Source: Staphylothermus marinus F1 (lineage in GTDB: Archaea; Thermoproteota; Thermoprotei_A; Sulfolobales; Desulfurococcaceae). From it: DNA of 32,000 nucleotides. The notes beneath the pieces were generated by a model. It ran no database searches. It worked only from the letters and a program-made list of their open reading frames with translations, and was not told where the DNA came from. A program made the translations under genes and the position numbers. Shown here piece after piece: positions 17,636 through 26,931 of this stretch. The number at the start of each line of letters is the position of its first letter. Position 1 is the first letter of the stretch. The stretch is from NCBI RefSeq assembly GCF_000015945.1, contig NC_009033.1, positions 510,001 to 542,000 of the forward strand, read 5' to 3'.

Positions 17636-18270
17636 TTCTTACGCCTACTTCTTCTTTTCCTTGTTTTCCTTGATTTTTTAGTTGTCTTACTTGTTTTTGT
17701 AGATTTCTTAGCTGGTGTTTTCGATGTATGTTTTCTTTTTCTACGCTTCTTTTTCTTAGTCTTCTTTTCTCTACTAGATTTTCTCTGAGGAATATGTAGT
17801 TCGTCGGATAGAACTATTCTAGGCCCGTCAATTGTTTTCAGAATTATCAAGTCATAATCTATGTTCTTATTTATAATACTCCCTTCGTACACCCATGTAT
17901 TTGGTTCAGGCTTAATTTTATGAATAATCTCCACATGATCATCGACTTTCTTTCCGAACTCGACCGATAAGAGCAGAGAAGGTTTAGGAGATAATACCGT
18001 CTCTACTCCCTCAACCATTCCTTCTCCAACAATAGTTCTTAGCCCGGGAGCTTCCACCTCGGAGAAAACATATGCATTATCTTGGAGATTCATTATAACC
18101 ATATTATTAGCCATAGCCATCATTCTATCAAGTATGTTTTTCGAGCTTCTAATACGGTGTTTCTCCCAAGACTTCTCCTCTTCATTGAAAACAATTATCT
18201 CTACTTTATCATCCCCAATCCTAACTGGCCTTAGAATCTTTGTTTTCACTAGAACATCCATGAAGATCAA
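17632..18270 (-). CDS. hypothetical protein with 50-aa K/R/S/T-rich C-terminal tail
   Basis: 212-aa ORF. The likely start is ATG 18261 rather than TTG 18270. Its stop overlaps the downstream phosphorylase start (ATGA), which suggests an operon. The N-terminal ~160 aa are globular and unrecognised. Confidence 0.55.
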   Translation of the reverse strand: MIFMDVLVKTKILRPVRIGDDKVEIIVFNEEEKSWEKHRIRSSKNILDRMMAMANNMVIMNLQDNAYVFSEVEAPGLRTIVGEGMVEGVETVLSPKPSLLLSVEFGKKVDDHVEIIHKIKPEPNTWVYEGSIINKNIDYDLIILKTIDGPRIVLSDELHIPQRKSSREKKTKKKKRRKRKHTSKTPAKKSTKTSKTTKKSRKTRKRRSRRKK

Positions 18271-18413
18271 CCATTTTCATGTTAGGATACAGTTTAATTG
18301 TTTATGAGTATTACCTCTAAAACTTAACGGTTATAATCAAAGATCCTATGAAACAAGCATTCATAATTTATTTTCGAGATACTTATTTATGAATTCTAAT
18401 TGTAAAATAATTT

Positions 18414-18920
18414 ATGGGTGTGACTATGAACTCGAATATTAAAATTCATGTTCTCAATATTCCGGTTCCTGAGGGTACAAACATAATCATCGGTAGAAGT
18501 CATTTTATTAAGACAGTAGAGGATATATATGAAGCTCTCGTAACAAGTGTTCCCGGAATAAAGTTTGGTTTAGCATTTATTGAGGCAAGCGGTAAGAGAT
18601 TGATTAGGTGGGAAGCTAATGATGAGGATTTAAAGAAACATGCTATTGATGCCGCTTTAAAGATTGGTGCCGGCCACGTATTTGTATTGTATATTAAGAA
18701 TGCTTGGCCAATAAATATATTGAATACGTTGAAACATGTCCAAGAAGTTGTCAATATATATGTAGCTACAGCTAATCCTGTCCAGGTAATTGTTGCGGAG
18801 ACTGATCAGGGAAGAGCTGTTATTGGAGTAGTGGATGGATACACTCCTCTAGGAGTAGAGGGAGACGATGATCGTAGGGAGAGACATGAATTCTTAAGAA
18901 AGATTGGTTATAAAAAATAA
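18414..18920 (+). CDS. PF04008-type 'adenosine-specific kinase' family protein
   Basis: 168 aa. [45 protein letters not shown] and FLRKIGYK match my recollection of this family's consensus. Confidence 0.7.
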   Translation: MGVTMNSNIKIHVLNIPVPEGTNIIIGRSHFIKTVEDIYEALVTSVPGIKFGLAFIEASGKRLIRWEANDEDLKKHAIDAALKIGAGHVFVLYIKNAWPINILNTLKHVQEVVNIYVATANPVQVIVAETDQGRAVIGVVDGYTPLGVEGDDDRRERHEFLRKIGYKK

Positions 18921-18939
18921 ATAGTATACGGATGGAATT

Positions 18940-19299
18940 TTATTTTTCTCTACTTTTTAATTTATTGATACATTTCATGAATTCTTCCTTCGCTAACCTA
19001 ATAGTAGTTACTGTATCGTTTGGACTCAGTATTTCTAATAAGTATCCCTTACTCTCATTTCTCTCCTTTATCAACGAGTAGATATACTTGTTGCTAAACT
19101 TCACTACAACTATATAGCATTCCGCTTCTTCGCTTTCATCTTCATAGAGATTCTCGTATCTGTATTTACTACGGATATAATCTAATAATCGCCAGCTATC
19201 TCTTCCCTTGATGGGTTCGCCTATAAATAACTGGTTCGCCTTTTCGGGGCCGAGAAATCTTAGGAGGTCAAGAATAACGTTGTTTTCCAAAACAATCAC
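18940..19299 (-). CDS. hypothetical protein
   Basis: 119-aa ORF lying 22 nt downstream of the TRAM gene on the same strand. No family was recognised. Confidence 0.45.
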   Translation of the reverse strand: MIVLENNVILDLLRFLGPEKANQLFIGEPIKGRDSWRLLDYIRSKYRYENLYEDESEEAECYIVVVKFSNKYIYSLIKERNESKGYLLEILSPNDTVTTIRLAKEEFMKCINKLKSREK

Positions 19300-19321
19300 A
19301 CATTAAACATTAAATGCTCCA

Positions 19322-19654
19322 TTAATATTCTGTATCAGCCTCGCTGAGCGTTTCAACTATTTGTGCATATACTGTGTCGCCAACTACTTTTATTGCTTTA
19401 ACCTTAACTCTTGATCCTAGACTCGCGTTGTATACTATGATCCTTTTACCTCTATAATTAGCTATTCCCCTTCCCTTCTCATCGACATCATTTATAGAAA
19501 CAGTAAATGTTTCACCTACCCTAACTGATTCCTCTTTTGGCGTTTGTATCCTAGGATAGACGCTGAAGCGTTGAACCTCGCTTGTATATGGATTCCATTT
19601 ATGTTTTCTTGCTTTATGCCTAGCCACGAACTCATCCCTTTCTATACAGCACAT
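19322..19654 (-). CDS. TRAM-domain protein (RNA-binding OB-like)
   Basis: The C-terminal VRVGETFTVSINDVDEKGRGIANYRGKRIIVYNASLGSRVKVKAIKV fits the TRAM pattern. Confidence 0.7.
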   Translation of the reverse strand: MCCIERDEFVARHKARKHKWNPYTSEVQRFSVYPRIQTPKEESVRVGETFTVSINDVDEKGRGIANYRGKRIIVYNASLGSRVKVKAIKVVGDTVYAQIVETLSEADTEY

Positions 19655-19759
19655 TCTACTAATTAATAGGTTACAGTTATTATAACATGTGAATGCCTTA
19701 TAATATTTTCCCTATATAGAAATTAATTAGATTAAAGACTAATCGGGAGAGGATAAGAT

Positions 19760-20392
19760 ATGGTGCGGTATCCTGATTTTCTCAGACATATAGTTAATAC
19801 AAAACTATCTGAATTAACCCGTAAATATAGAGAACTTACCGGGCACATAGATGAGATAAGAAAGGAGATCTCCAAGGCTGAGTCAAAGTATGGATTCAGC
19901 AGTTTTGGGGGGAATCCTGAGAATCTTGCAAATTATCTTTTAAGCGACGATTTCAACTTGATAATCAGCAGTTTTAAAGCAGCTAATTCTCTAAAAGCTC
20001 TCGAGGAGATCCTGGTTGAAGCTAAGAAGGCATATAGTGAGCTTCCAAATGTGGTTAAAGCAATAGATATGGTTCTAGAAAAATTAAGGGCAAGCGAAAA
20101 AGGAGCAACAATGGTATCTCATGCTAGTCTAAAAGATCTCGCTTCGAAAATTGGAAATATTCTTAAAGAATTGCGAATTAAAGCCGAGGTCAAGATTAGA
20201 GATAACGACATAGTTCTAAGCATACCCGATAAGGGATCAATCGTGATTAAACCATATGAGGCAAGCTTAGAAACTATAATTAGCATAACCATTAAGACCA
20301 AGCCTGAAAAATTAGAAGAATTGCTCAAAAAAGCATCTGAAATACTGAATCTTGAAGAATCGATCGGGGTGGCTGAGAATAAAGAAAAATAA
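19760..20392 (+). CDS. hypothetical, predicted largely alpha-helical/coiled-coil protein
   Basis: 210-aa ORF with a GGGAGAGGAT SD upstream of the ATG. No family was recognised. Confidence 0.45.
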   Translation: MVRYPDFLRHIVNTKLSELTRKYRELTGHIDEIRKEISKAESKYGFSSFGGNPENLANYLLSDDFNLIISSFKAANSLKALEEILVEAKKAYSELPNVVKAIDMVLEKLRASEKGATMVSHASLKDLASKIGNILKELRIKAEVKIRDNDIVLSIPDKGSIVIKPYEASLETIISITIKTKPEKLEELLKKASEILNLEESIGVAENKEK

Positions 20393-21056
20393 CTATTTTG
20401 GATTAGTAGTTTTTGATTGCGACGGTGTATTAACTAATCATCATAGTAGTTGGGCTTTACTACATGAGTATTTTGGCAGTAAAGATAATAGATACTTCGC
20501 AGAACTATATAGGAGAGATTTGATAAGCTATCTAGACTGGATGAAAATAGATATAGCATTAATGATCCATAGCTACGGTAAACCTATACATAGAAGAGAA
20601 GTTGTAGAAGCACTTAGCCGAATAAAAATAGTGCCGCAAGCTAAGCAAGTCTTTCAAAAACTCAAAAATATGGGTTTTACAATTGGTGTTGTTAGTAGTG
20701 GTGTAGATATTCTTGTTAAACGAGCATGTAAAGAGCTGGGCAGTGATTTCTGTTTATATAATGAATTATTATTCGTAGATGATGAACTAATACCTGGTGG
20801 AAAACCAAACGTTCCACTAAAAGAAAAACCTAGAATAATTAAGCAATTAGCAGAACAATATGGTTTAACAATGGATCTTGTGACATATATTGGTGATAGT
20901 GTATGGGATATTCCAGTCTTCAAAGAAGTTGGATTATCAATTGCTATCGAACCATGCGGTAATGCTTGTAGTGAAGCTGATTATTCTGTTAAAAACCTAC
21001 TAGATACATTGAAGATTATCGAGAATTACTATAAGAAAAAATCTTCTAACCTTTAA
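20352..21056 (+). CDS. HAD-superfamily phosphatase (PSP-like)
   Basis: Motif I is VVFDCDGVLT, motif II is VVSSG, and Lys plus GDSVWD form motifs III/IV. The only canonical start is TTG 20352, which overlaps the upstream gene by 41 nt. Confidence 0.75.
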   Translation: MKNRSGWLRIKKNNYFGLVVFDCDGVLTNHHSSWALLHEYFGSKDNRYFAELYRRDLISYLDWMKIDIALMIHSYGKPIHRREVVEALSRIKIVPQAKQVFQKLKNMGFTIGVVSSGVDILVKRACKELGSDFCLYNELLFVDDELIPGGKPNVPLKEKPRIIKQLAEQYGLTMDLVTYIGDSVWDIPVFKEVGLSIAIEPCGNACSEADYSVKNLLDTLKIIENYYKKKSSNL

Positions 21057-22308
21057 CTCTGAACCTGTACCCGATCCTCTCTAGTTCTACTAGAGCAAGT
21101 TCTACATCTTCGGATGTTTTAGCTTCAAATACTATTTCGAGTTTTGCTTTTGATGGTAGAAGCCTTGGATCCCATCTATCATGCCTTATATCAATAATGT
21201 TAAGATTATGCTTGGCTAATACACTTATCACTTTACCTAGCTCTCCAGGTTTATCCCATAATTCACCAATAATTGATAATAGTCTTTTATCTTTGGCTAG
21301 TTCATGCATTATTATTCTCGAGAGAAGAGCTGGATCAATGTTTCCACCGCTAATAACTGCAACGACAGGCCCCCGTATAGGTGAGTATCGATGAGATAAT
21401 AGAGCCGCTATTGGGAGTGCTCCTGCTCCCTCAGCCACTATTTTAGCTCTTTCAAGCAAGAAATTTATCGCATAAGATATGTCTTCTTCATCAACAACCA
21501 CTATGTCATCAACTAGTTCCCTAACAATTCTACTGGTTAGATCACCTGGTTTCTTAACCATTACTCCATCAGCAATACTCGGCTTAGGCCTATATCCCTC
21601 AATTCTGCCCTGAATTAGGTGAAGCATTGCCGACGCATTAGCTGGTTGTACGCCTATAATCTTAGTATTAGGGCTTCTCTTCTTCACTGCCACCGCTATA
21701 CCTGATATTAATCCACCGCCTCCAATTGGAACTAATACTACTACAGGCTTCTTTAGCTCATCTATTATTTCATGACCAATTGTTGCTTGACCAGCTATAA
21801 TATAGGGATCATCGTATGGATGAATAAATACGTAGCCTTTCTCCCTACTTATCTCTATAGCTTTCTCATATGCTTCATCATATATTTCGCCGTGTAAAAC
21901 TACTTCTGCACCATAACTCTTAGTAGCATTAATTTTTGTAGAAGAAGCTGTTTTAGGCATAACAATAATTGCCGGTATACCAAATACTTTAGCAGCATAA
22001 GCTACTCCTTGTGCATGGTTCCCGCTACTCGCAGCAACTACTCCGGGAAGTTTTTCCCCTCTGCTCTCATATTCCTTGATCAACATATATATTTTGAAAG
22101 TTGCACCTCTAACCTTGAAGCTTCCTGTTTTCTGCATGTTCTCAAGTTTTAGATATGTATCACAACCTACAATATTGGATATAGTATAATTGTATACTAG
22201 AGGCGTTTTATGTATGAATTCCTGTATGACTTCACTGGCTTCTAAGCTTAACTTATAAATATTTTCTATATCTGAGGAGAAGGATTCTCCAGGTGTAATA
22301 ATCATCAC
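21046..22308 (-). CDS. threonine ammonia-lyase (threonine dehydratase) with C-terminal ACT-like domain
   Basis: The PLP-Lys motif is GSFKVRGA. SSGNHAQG and the Gly loop GGGGLISG are present. A C-terminal regulatory domain of about 80 aa follows. Confidence 0.9.
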   Translation of the reverse strand: MMIITPGESFSSDIENIYKLSLEASEVIQEFIHKTPLVYNYTISNIVGCDTYLKLENMQKTGSFKVRGATFKIYMLIKEYESRGEKLPGVVAASSGNHAQGVAYAAKVFGIPAIIVMPKTASSTKINATKSYGAEVVLHGEIYDEAYEKAIEISREKGYVFIHPYDDPYIIAGQATIGHEIIDELKKPVVVLVPIGGGGLISGIAVAVKKRSPNTKIIGVQPANASAMLHLIQGRIEGYRPKPSIADGVMVKKPGDLTSRIVRELVDDIVVVDEEDISYAINFLLERAKIVAEGAGALPIAALLSHRYSPIRGPVVAVISGGNIDPALLSRIIMHELAKDKRLLSIIGELWDKPGELGKVISVLAKHNLNIIDIRHDRWDPRLLPSKAKLEIVFEAKTSEDVELALVELERIGYRFRVKG

Positions 22309-22349
22309 CCAATCAGTTAATTTACATATCTTATAAGAATAAAAACATA

Positions 22350-22703
22350 GTGATAATACGTGGTGTTAGAGCATTGGATCAAGACGAGTTTTTAACATTG
22401 AGAGAGAAAATAATGAATTTACTAATAAAAACAGATAAACCATTAACTGTTAATGAGATCATAGCGTATCTAGGATTATCACCTAGAGATCATAGGTTAG
22501 TATATGATGCTCTGGAACATATTGCTAAAACTATTAGGAGGAGAACTGATAGTAAAATGGAACTCGTAATGGTTCCTCCTAGGTGTTTAAAGTGTGGATA
22601 TGTGTTTAAGGATTTGAAAAAACCTCGTAAACCTAGTAGGTGTCCTAGATGTAAGAGTGAGAGAATCTCTCCTCCAGCTTTTATTATTATTGAGAAGAAA
22701 TGA
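22350..22703 (+). CDS. HTH domain fused to C-terminal zinc ribbon (COG3357-like regulator)
   Basis: PLTVNEIIAYLGLS is wHTH-like. The Cys pairs are CLKCGYVF...CPRCKSERI. The GTG start is uncertain. Confidence 0.65.
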   Translation: MIIRGVRALDQDEFLTLREKIMNLLIKTDKPLTVNEIIAYLGLSPRDHRLVYDALEHIAKTIRRRTDSKMELVMVPPRCLKCGYVFKDLKKPRKPSRCPRCKSERISPPAFIIIEKK

Positions 22704-23019
22704 TCTCTGTGAGTTTCTCCGCTAATTTCTCAGTATCTATATCTCTAACAAGGATCTTCTTAGATCTTGTTCTAGCACCATATATTATATCTATCTTGCT
22801 ATGTGGTAATCCAACTTTTTTAGATAAAAACCTTATTAGCGCAGCATTCGCCCGCCCCTTCTCAGGTATTTCTGTAGTATAAAAGACAAGTTCGTCTCCT
22901 TCAAGTACTAATGCGTCTCTGTCAGAGTTAGGCTTAACATATATTGGTATAATAACTCCATCTTTAGATTCTTGAAGAATCTTTAGTATTTTGTTTATAA
23001 CTTCATTATTTTCACTCAT
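22687..23019 (-). CDS. DUF167/YggU (UPF0235) family protein
   Basis: YVKPNSDRD and PEKGRANAALIRFLSKKVG...YGARTRSK match the family. Confidence 0.8.
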   Translation of the reverse strand: MSENNEVINKILKILQESKDGVIIPIYVKPNSDRDALVLEGDELVFYTTEIPEKGRANAALIRFLSKKVGLPHSKIDIIYGARTRSKKILVRDIDTEKLAEKLTEIISSQ

Positions 23020-23093
23020 ATATATGTCCCCTCTACATATTTTGTTCTAGGAAAATATTATTCAGGAGGTACTATATTATTATATATTACTTA

Positions 23094-23168
23094 GCCGGAG
23101 ATGATGTGGTTCTATGGCGGGACTGAATAGTTTAGATGTGTTGAAACCGGGCGCTGCATGGATCCGGC
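23094..23168 (+). ncRNA. candidate C/D-like sRNA antisense to the 3' end of the radical SAM gene
   Basis: A 6-bp terminal stem GCCGGA/UCCGGC (23094-99/23163-68) is followed by a 3-nt bulge. The order is then AUGAUGU (23101-07), 15 nt, CUGA (23123-26), AUAGUU, UAGAUGU (23133-39), 19 nt, UGGA (23159-62). The locus is a GC island. The D box is non-canonical, the spacers are long, and the TATA spacing is imperfect. Confidence 0.35.
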
Positions 23169-24467
23169 TCTTATCCTTGGCATAATTATTCCTCTCCTTC
23201 TCAACATATCTATTTTTAAAGCAAGCTTTTCTTGATGAACCCACTGACCATATGCTTTTCCAGCTCCTATTAGTTTCATTAATTCCTTCTTAACCCAGCT
23301 AGGCACTTTTCCAGGAGGCATCCATGCATATGGTGAGCCCGGTAATGGTAGGAATACGTGTAAATGTATTCTTGCACCTATAGATACTAGTTTCTTTATT
23401 GAACGAAGAGTCTCATATAAGTCTTCACGTGTTTCACCAGGTAATCCAATTATATAGTCTACATTAGGTATGAAACCATATTTTACTGCGTTCTCAACAG
23501 CACTATATACGTCTTCGATGCTGTGTTTTCTACCAATAAGTCTTAACAATCTATTACTTCCCGTTTGAGCTCCGAGAATAATATTTTTGTTAGCTACATA
23601 TTTTCTAAGAATCCTCGCAGCATCCCTGGTCAGGTGTTCTGGTCTGACCTCGCTGGGAAATGATCCATAAAATATTCTAGCGTTTTTCTTCTCTACATAT
23701 TTCTTATAAAGCCTAAATAGTAGCTCTTCTATTAAATCCAATCTAGGCTTTCTACTAATAGTTTTTAATCCATATGCAAGAGAATCTGGAGAAATAAACC
23801 TGATATCTCTAACATTTTTTCTAATCATGTAACCAGTATATTCTACAATGTTATCTATACTTCTATGCCTCATATAGAATCCATGCATATAGCTTACCTG
23901 GCAATATTTGCATCCATAAGGACAGCCACGGCTTATCTCGATAGGATTAAACAATAATCTCCAATAAGGAAACGGAGGATAATCATCTAGTTTAATAGGT
24001 TCTTGTTTCCCAGTATAAATGGGTTTATCGTCAACTATAGTAAACAATCCCTTCACATTTAATAAGTCATCATCATTAACAAATGCATAAATAAAATCCT
24101 GAATAGTCTTCTCGCTCTCACCAATAAATGCATAGTCGAAACCAAGGCTTTTTATCGTTCCAATAGGATCTCCTGAAGGGTGAGGACCTCCAGCTATAGA
24201 TATGCATTTTCCTTTATGTTTATTTAGTTTAATGACAAAGTCTAGGTAGGAATCATCAGCTAACATTGTTGTTTGTATACTTAATCCAATTATGCATTTC
24301 CTATATTTTTCAGAAATATTCTTAACGAACTCGAGGAAACCACTAGTTTTCTCAATCAAGTAAACATCTGCAATGTTTAAGGAATCTATTACAGCTGTTA
24401 AAGCATGTATACTATACTTAGCCCGTTGATCATAATATATTATTACTGCAGTATCTCTAACCATCAA
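23112..24467 (-). CDS. radical SAM enzyme with N-terminal B12-binding-like domain
   Basis: 451 aa. The N-terminal ~150 aa look like a Rossmann/B12-binding module. The CxxxCxxC motif is SRGCPYGCKYCQ. Confidence 0.85.
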   Translation of the reverse strand: MMVRDTAVIIYYDQRAKYSIHALTAVIDSLNIADVYLIEKTSGFLEFVKNISEKYRKCIIGLSIQTTMLADDSYLDFVIKLNKHKGKCISIAGGPHPSGDPIGTIKSLGFDYAFIGESEKTIQDFIYAFVNDDDLLNVKGLFTIVDDKPIYTGKQEPIKLDDYPPFPYWRLLFNPIEISRGCPYGCKYCQVSYMHGFYMRHRSIDNIVEYTGYMIRKNVRDIRFISPDSLAYGLKTISRKPRLDLIEELLFRLYKKYVEKKNARIFYGSFPSEVRPEHLTRDAARILRKYVANKNIILGAQTGSNRLLRLIGRKHSIEDVYSAVENAVKYGFIPNVDYIIGLPGETREDLYETLRSIKKLVSIGARIHLHVFLPLPGSPYAWMPPGKVPSWVKKELMKLIGAGKAYGQWVHQEKLALKIDMLRRRGIIMPRIRAGSMQRPVSTHLNYSVPP

Positions 24468-24596
24468 AGATCAACCCTTACAATGCTTTAAACCATATAG
24501 TCAAACCAAAAAAGTTATCCGACTCTAATCCCTTATATAACCCAGTGGTTAAAGGTCTATAAGATGAGGATATAAAACATATAGGGTGACGAATAC

Positions 24597-24893
24597 ATGA
24601 GCAATATAAATCTAACACCACATGAAATCAAGTATTTTTCTAGAAAGGTAAGATTAAAAATACTGCATGAAGACGATGACGTAGTATTAATGACTGCTCC
24701 AAACGAGGACCAATTAATAGAGATCATAAAAGAGCTTATCAGCGAAAAACCCATGAATCTAAGAGAAATACATACGATACTCTCAGGAATTGCAAGCGAA
24801 GACAAAATAAGGCGAGCACTATTAACACTTGTAGAAAACGGATTAGCCGTTATGGATGATGATGGAAGATACTCTATTGTTCCAGAATTCTAG
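24597..24893 (+). CDS. small winged-helix-like protein
   Basis: 98 aa. A GGGTGA SD lies 7 nt upstream of the ATG. The C-terminal half (MNLREIHTILSGIASEDKIRRALLTLVENGLAV) is wHTH-like. Confidence 0.5.
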   Translation: MSNINLTPHEIKYFSRKVRLKILHEDDDVVLMTAPNEDQLIEIIKELISEKPMNLREIHTILSGIASEDKIRRALLTLVENGLAVMDDDGRYSIVPEF

Positions 24894-24916
24894 AACTAAT
24901 TTTTCTAATAAAATAA

Positions 24917-25600
24917 TTATTTCTTGAACTCTACTTCCCTTATTATTTGCCATAAATAATATGTTACATCGTATAGGTTTGACCCAACATATTCAGCGCC
25001 TAGTCTACGTAGACACTCCTTTCTTTTCTCGCTAAAAGCTATGCCGATAAACTTTATTCCCGTTCTCTGAGAACTCAGTAGATCCTGTCTATAATCTCCT
25101 ATATAGACAACTTCGTCTCTATCTAATCCATAACTACTGAGAGCATAGCTTATTAGCCATGTCTTATCGAATAATTCTTCTTCAACGCCTCCTAGGATAA
25201 GAGTATCAAACATTGTATAAACTTTATCAATATACTCATTTAATCCGAAACGCTTGAGCTCTTCCCATATACTTGATTCGTGACATTCTCTACCAGAAAC
25301 AATTATTGTTTTTAAACCAAGTGCTTTAACCCAGTATAGAAAATAATAAGCTCCCTCCATAGGATAACCATATCTAGTCCTATATACTTGTCTAAAATAT
25401 CTCCAAAAACTGAACCGGTCAACATCCGGTGGAATATAGGCTTGTAGAGAATAATTTATCAATAAATGGAAAAACTCGTTAAAACCCAGGGTTTTACCAA
25501 CAAATTTCTTTAAAGCTTCATTATATGCATCATAGAAATCAATCAAATTATTCATCAAGGTTAAATCATAATCCAATAATACAGCTTTAATTCTTGCCAA
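24917..25600 (-). CDS. HAD-superfamily hydrolase
   Basis: Motif I is VLLDYDLTL, motif II is IVSGR and motif IV is YIGDYRQD. The start is TTG with an AAGGUG SD. Confidence 0.75.
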   Translation of the reverse strand: MARIKAVLLDYDLTLMNNLIDFYDAYNEALKKFVGKTLGFNEFFHLLINYSLQAYIPPDVDRFSFWRYFRQVYRTRYGYPMEGAYYFLYWVKALGLKTIIVSGRECHESSIWEELKRFGLNEYIDKVYTMFDTLILGGVEEELFDKTWLISYALSSYGLDRDEVVYIGDYRQDLLSSQRTGIKFIGIAFSEKRKECLRRLGAEYVGSNLYDVTYYLWQIIREVEFKK

Positions 25601-25617
25601 TTCTTCTACACCTTAGC

Positions 25618-25680
25618 AATCAGTATTCGGGAGAAACCACATCGACCGCCGTCTCGGTAATCGGCAAATTCATCATCTAT
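25618..25680 (-). ncRNA. C/D box sRNA in the 5' leader region of the HAD gene
   Basis: The minus-sense sequence reads AUAG-AUGAUGA(C, 25676-25670)-AUUUGCCGAUUA(12 nt)-CCGA(D', 25657-25654)-GACGGCGG-UCGAUGU(C')-15 nt-CUGA(D, 25623-25620). An alternative C' is AUGUGGU with a 12-nt spacer. The TATA CAATATATT (25701-25709, minus sense) is centred about 27 nt upstream. The D box lies 20 nt upstream of TTG 25600. Confidence 0.75.
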
Positions 25681-25769
25681 TCTAAATTCTAGCATCCTAG
25701 AATATATTGTTTCTATAAAATATTATTTATATACCTATAACTTTAAGCATGTGTGGGGCATGATACAGC

Positions 25770-26183
25770 ATGAAAAACATTATTTACAAAATAGATAAGC
25801 CGGGGAAAATAGTTATTAATAAAGTCTCTTATAATGAAAACACAGTCCTAGTAACTATTACACCTTCAAAGTATAGAGTAATATGTAACGGAATTGATTT
25901 CCAAGAATTCGTATGGGGCGGGGAAAGAATATCATTATGGATAGTGAATGGAGAGCAAATTAGATGTTATATTGATAAATATGTGCTACAACCCATTATA
26001 GAGAATGTTTATTATGTTTCAAAGGAAGACACATATTCTATTCCAGATATTTTATTAGACAAACTTAGTCATGTTAAGGAAATTATAGAAAAACTAAGAA
26101 AGAATACAAGATTTGAAAAATTCTTTATTATGCTAGGTAATAAAGACCTTATACAGGATAACTTTATATATGTAAAAATCTAG
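25770..26183 (+). CDS. hypothetical protein
   Basis: 137-aa ORF ending 16 nt upstream of tatD on the same strand. No family was recognised. Confidence 0.45.
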   Translation: MKNIIYKIDKPGKIVINKVSYNENTVLVTITPSKYRVICNGIDFQEFVWGGERISLWIVNGEQIRCYIDKYVLQPIIENVYYVSKEDTYSIPDILLDKLSHVKEIIEKLRKNTRFEKFFIMLGNKDLIQDNFIYVKI

Positions 26184-26199
26184 CCTGGGAGGGTTTTTA

Positions 26200-26931
26200 A
26201 TGATTAAATACATTGATATGCATTGCCATTGTCACGAATACAGTGTAGAAGAACTATCTAGTTTTATCGAGAAGAACATTTTACTAGTATGTGTATCCGA
26301 TGATCCAGCGTCTAGTATGAAAACCCTTGAAATAAGAAAGAAACTCGAGATTACGCCGTGTGTAGGTATTCATCCATGGGAAGCACACAAGTATAATATA
26401 AAACACGCAAAAAATATCGCGGATCTAGCGATTAAAAATAATGTTAAGTGTCTGGGAGAAGTTGGGTTAGATAAGAGATTCGTGCCTAAAACATATGATC
26501 ACCAGTTCAGTATATTTGAGATTTTCTTGGAAGCAGCTAAAGAATATGATCTAGTCTTAAATCTACATACAGCTGGTGCTTGGAGAGAAGTATATGAGTT
26601 ACTGGTTAAGAATGATATAAATAGAGCATATTTTCACTGGTATACTGGTCCACTGAATTTGTTAGAAGAAATTACTGGTTCGGGCTACTATGTAGGAATA
26701 AATGCAGCATGGAAAATACAGGAAAAGCATAGAAAAGTAATCAAGCATGCCCCCCTTGAAAACATGTTGACTGAAACAGATGCTCCATACAAGTATAAAA
26801 GTTTAGAGCTACGCCCCGACTATGTAGTTGAAACAATAGAATATATTGCAAAAGTTAAGAACATGCCGGTTGAATATGTTTTATTTAAGATTAATGAGAA
26901 TTATGAAAAACTATTTAAGTCTCCATTGTAG
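26200..26931 (+). CDS. tatD: TatD-family metal-dependent hydrolase
   Basis: IDMHCHCHE, GEVGLDK, LNLHT, FHWYTG and TETDAPY give the amidohydrolase-fold metal-ligand pattern of TatD. Confidence 0.85.
   Translation: MIKYIDMHCHCHEYSVEELSSFIEKNILLVCVSDDPASSMKTLEIRKKLEITPCVGIHPWEAHKYNIKHAKNIADLAIKNNVKCLGEVGLDKRFVPKTYDHQFSIFEIFLEAAKEYDLVLNLHTAGAWREVYELLVKNDINRAYFHWYTGPLNLLEEITGSGYYVGINAAWKIQEKHRKVIKHAPLENMLTETDAPYKYKSLELRPDYVVETIEYIAKVKNMPVEYVLFKINENYEKLFKSPL

Noticed and set aside
20352-20393. Possible +1 frameshift fusion of the 210-aa coiled-coil ORF to the HAD phosphatase at AAA TAA C (20387-20393). I considered it because the HAD gene has only a TTG start that overlaps the upstream gene by 41 nt.
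   Set aside because: AAA to AAU re-pairing is imperfect. A 210-aa coiled-coil N-terminal extension on a HAD phosphatase has no precedent I know of. TTG starts are evidently common in this genome (10401, 15348, 25600 and 28625 have no alternative). Overlap with translational coupling is the simpler reading.
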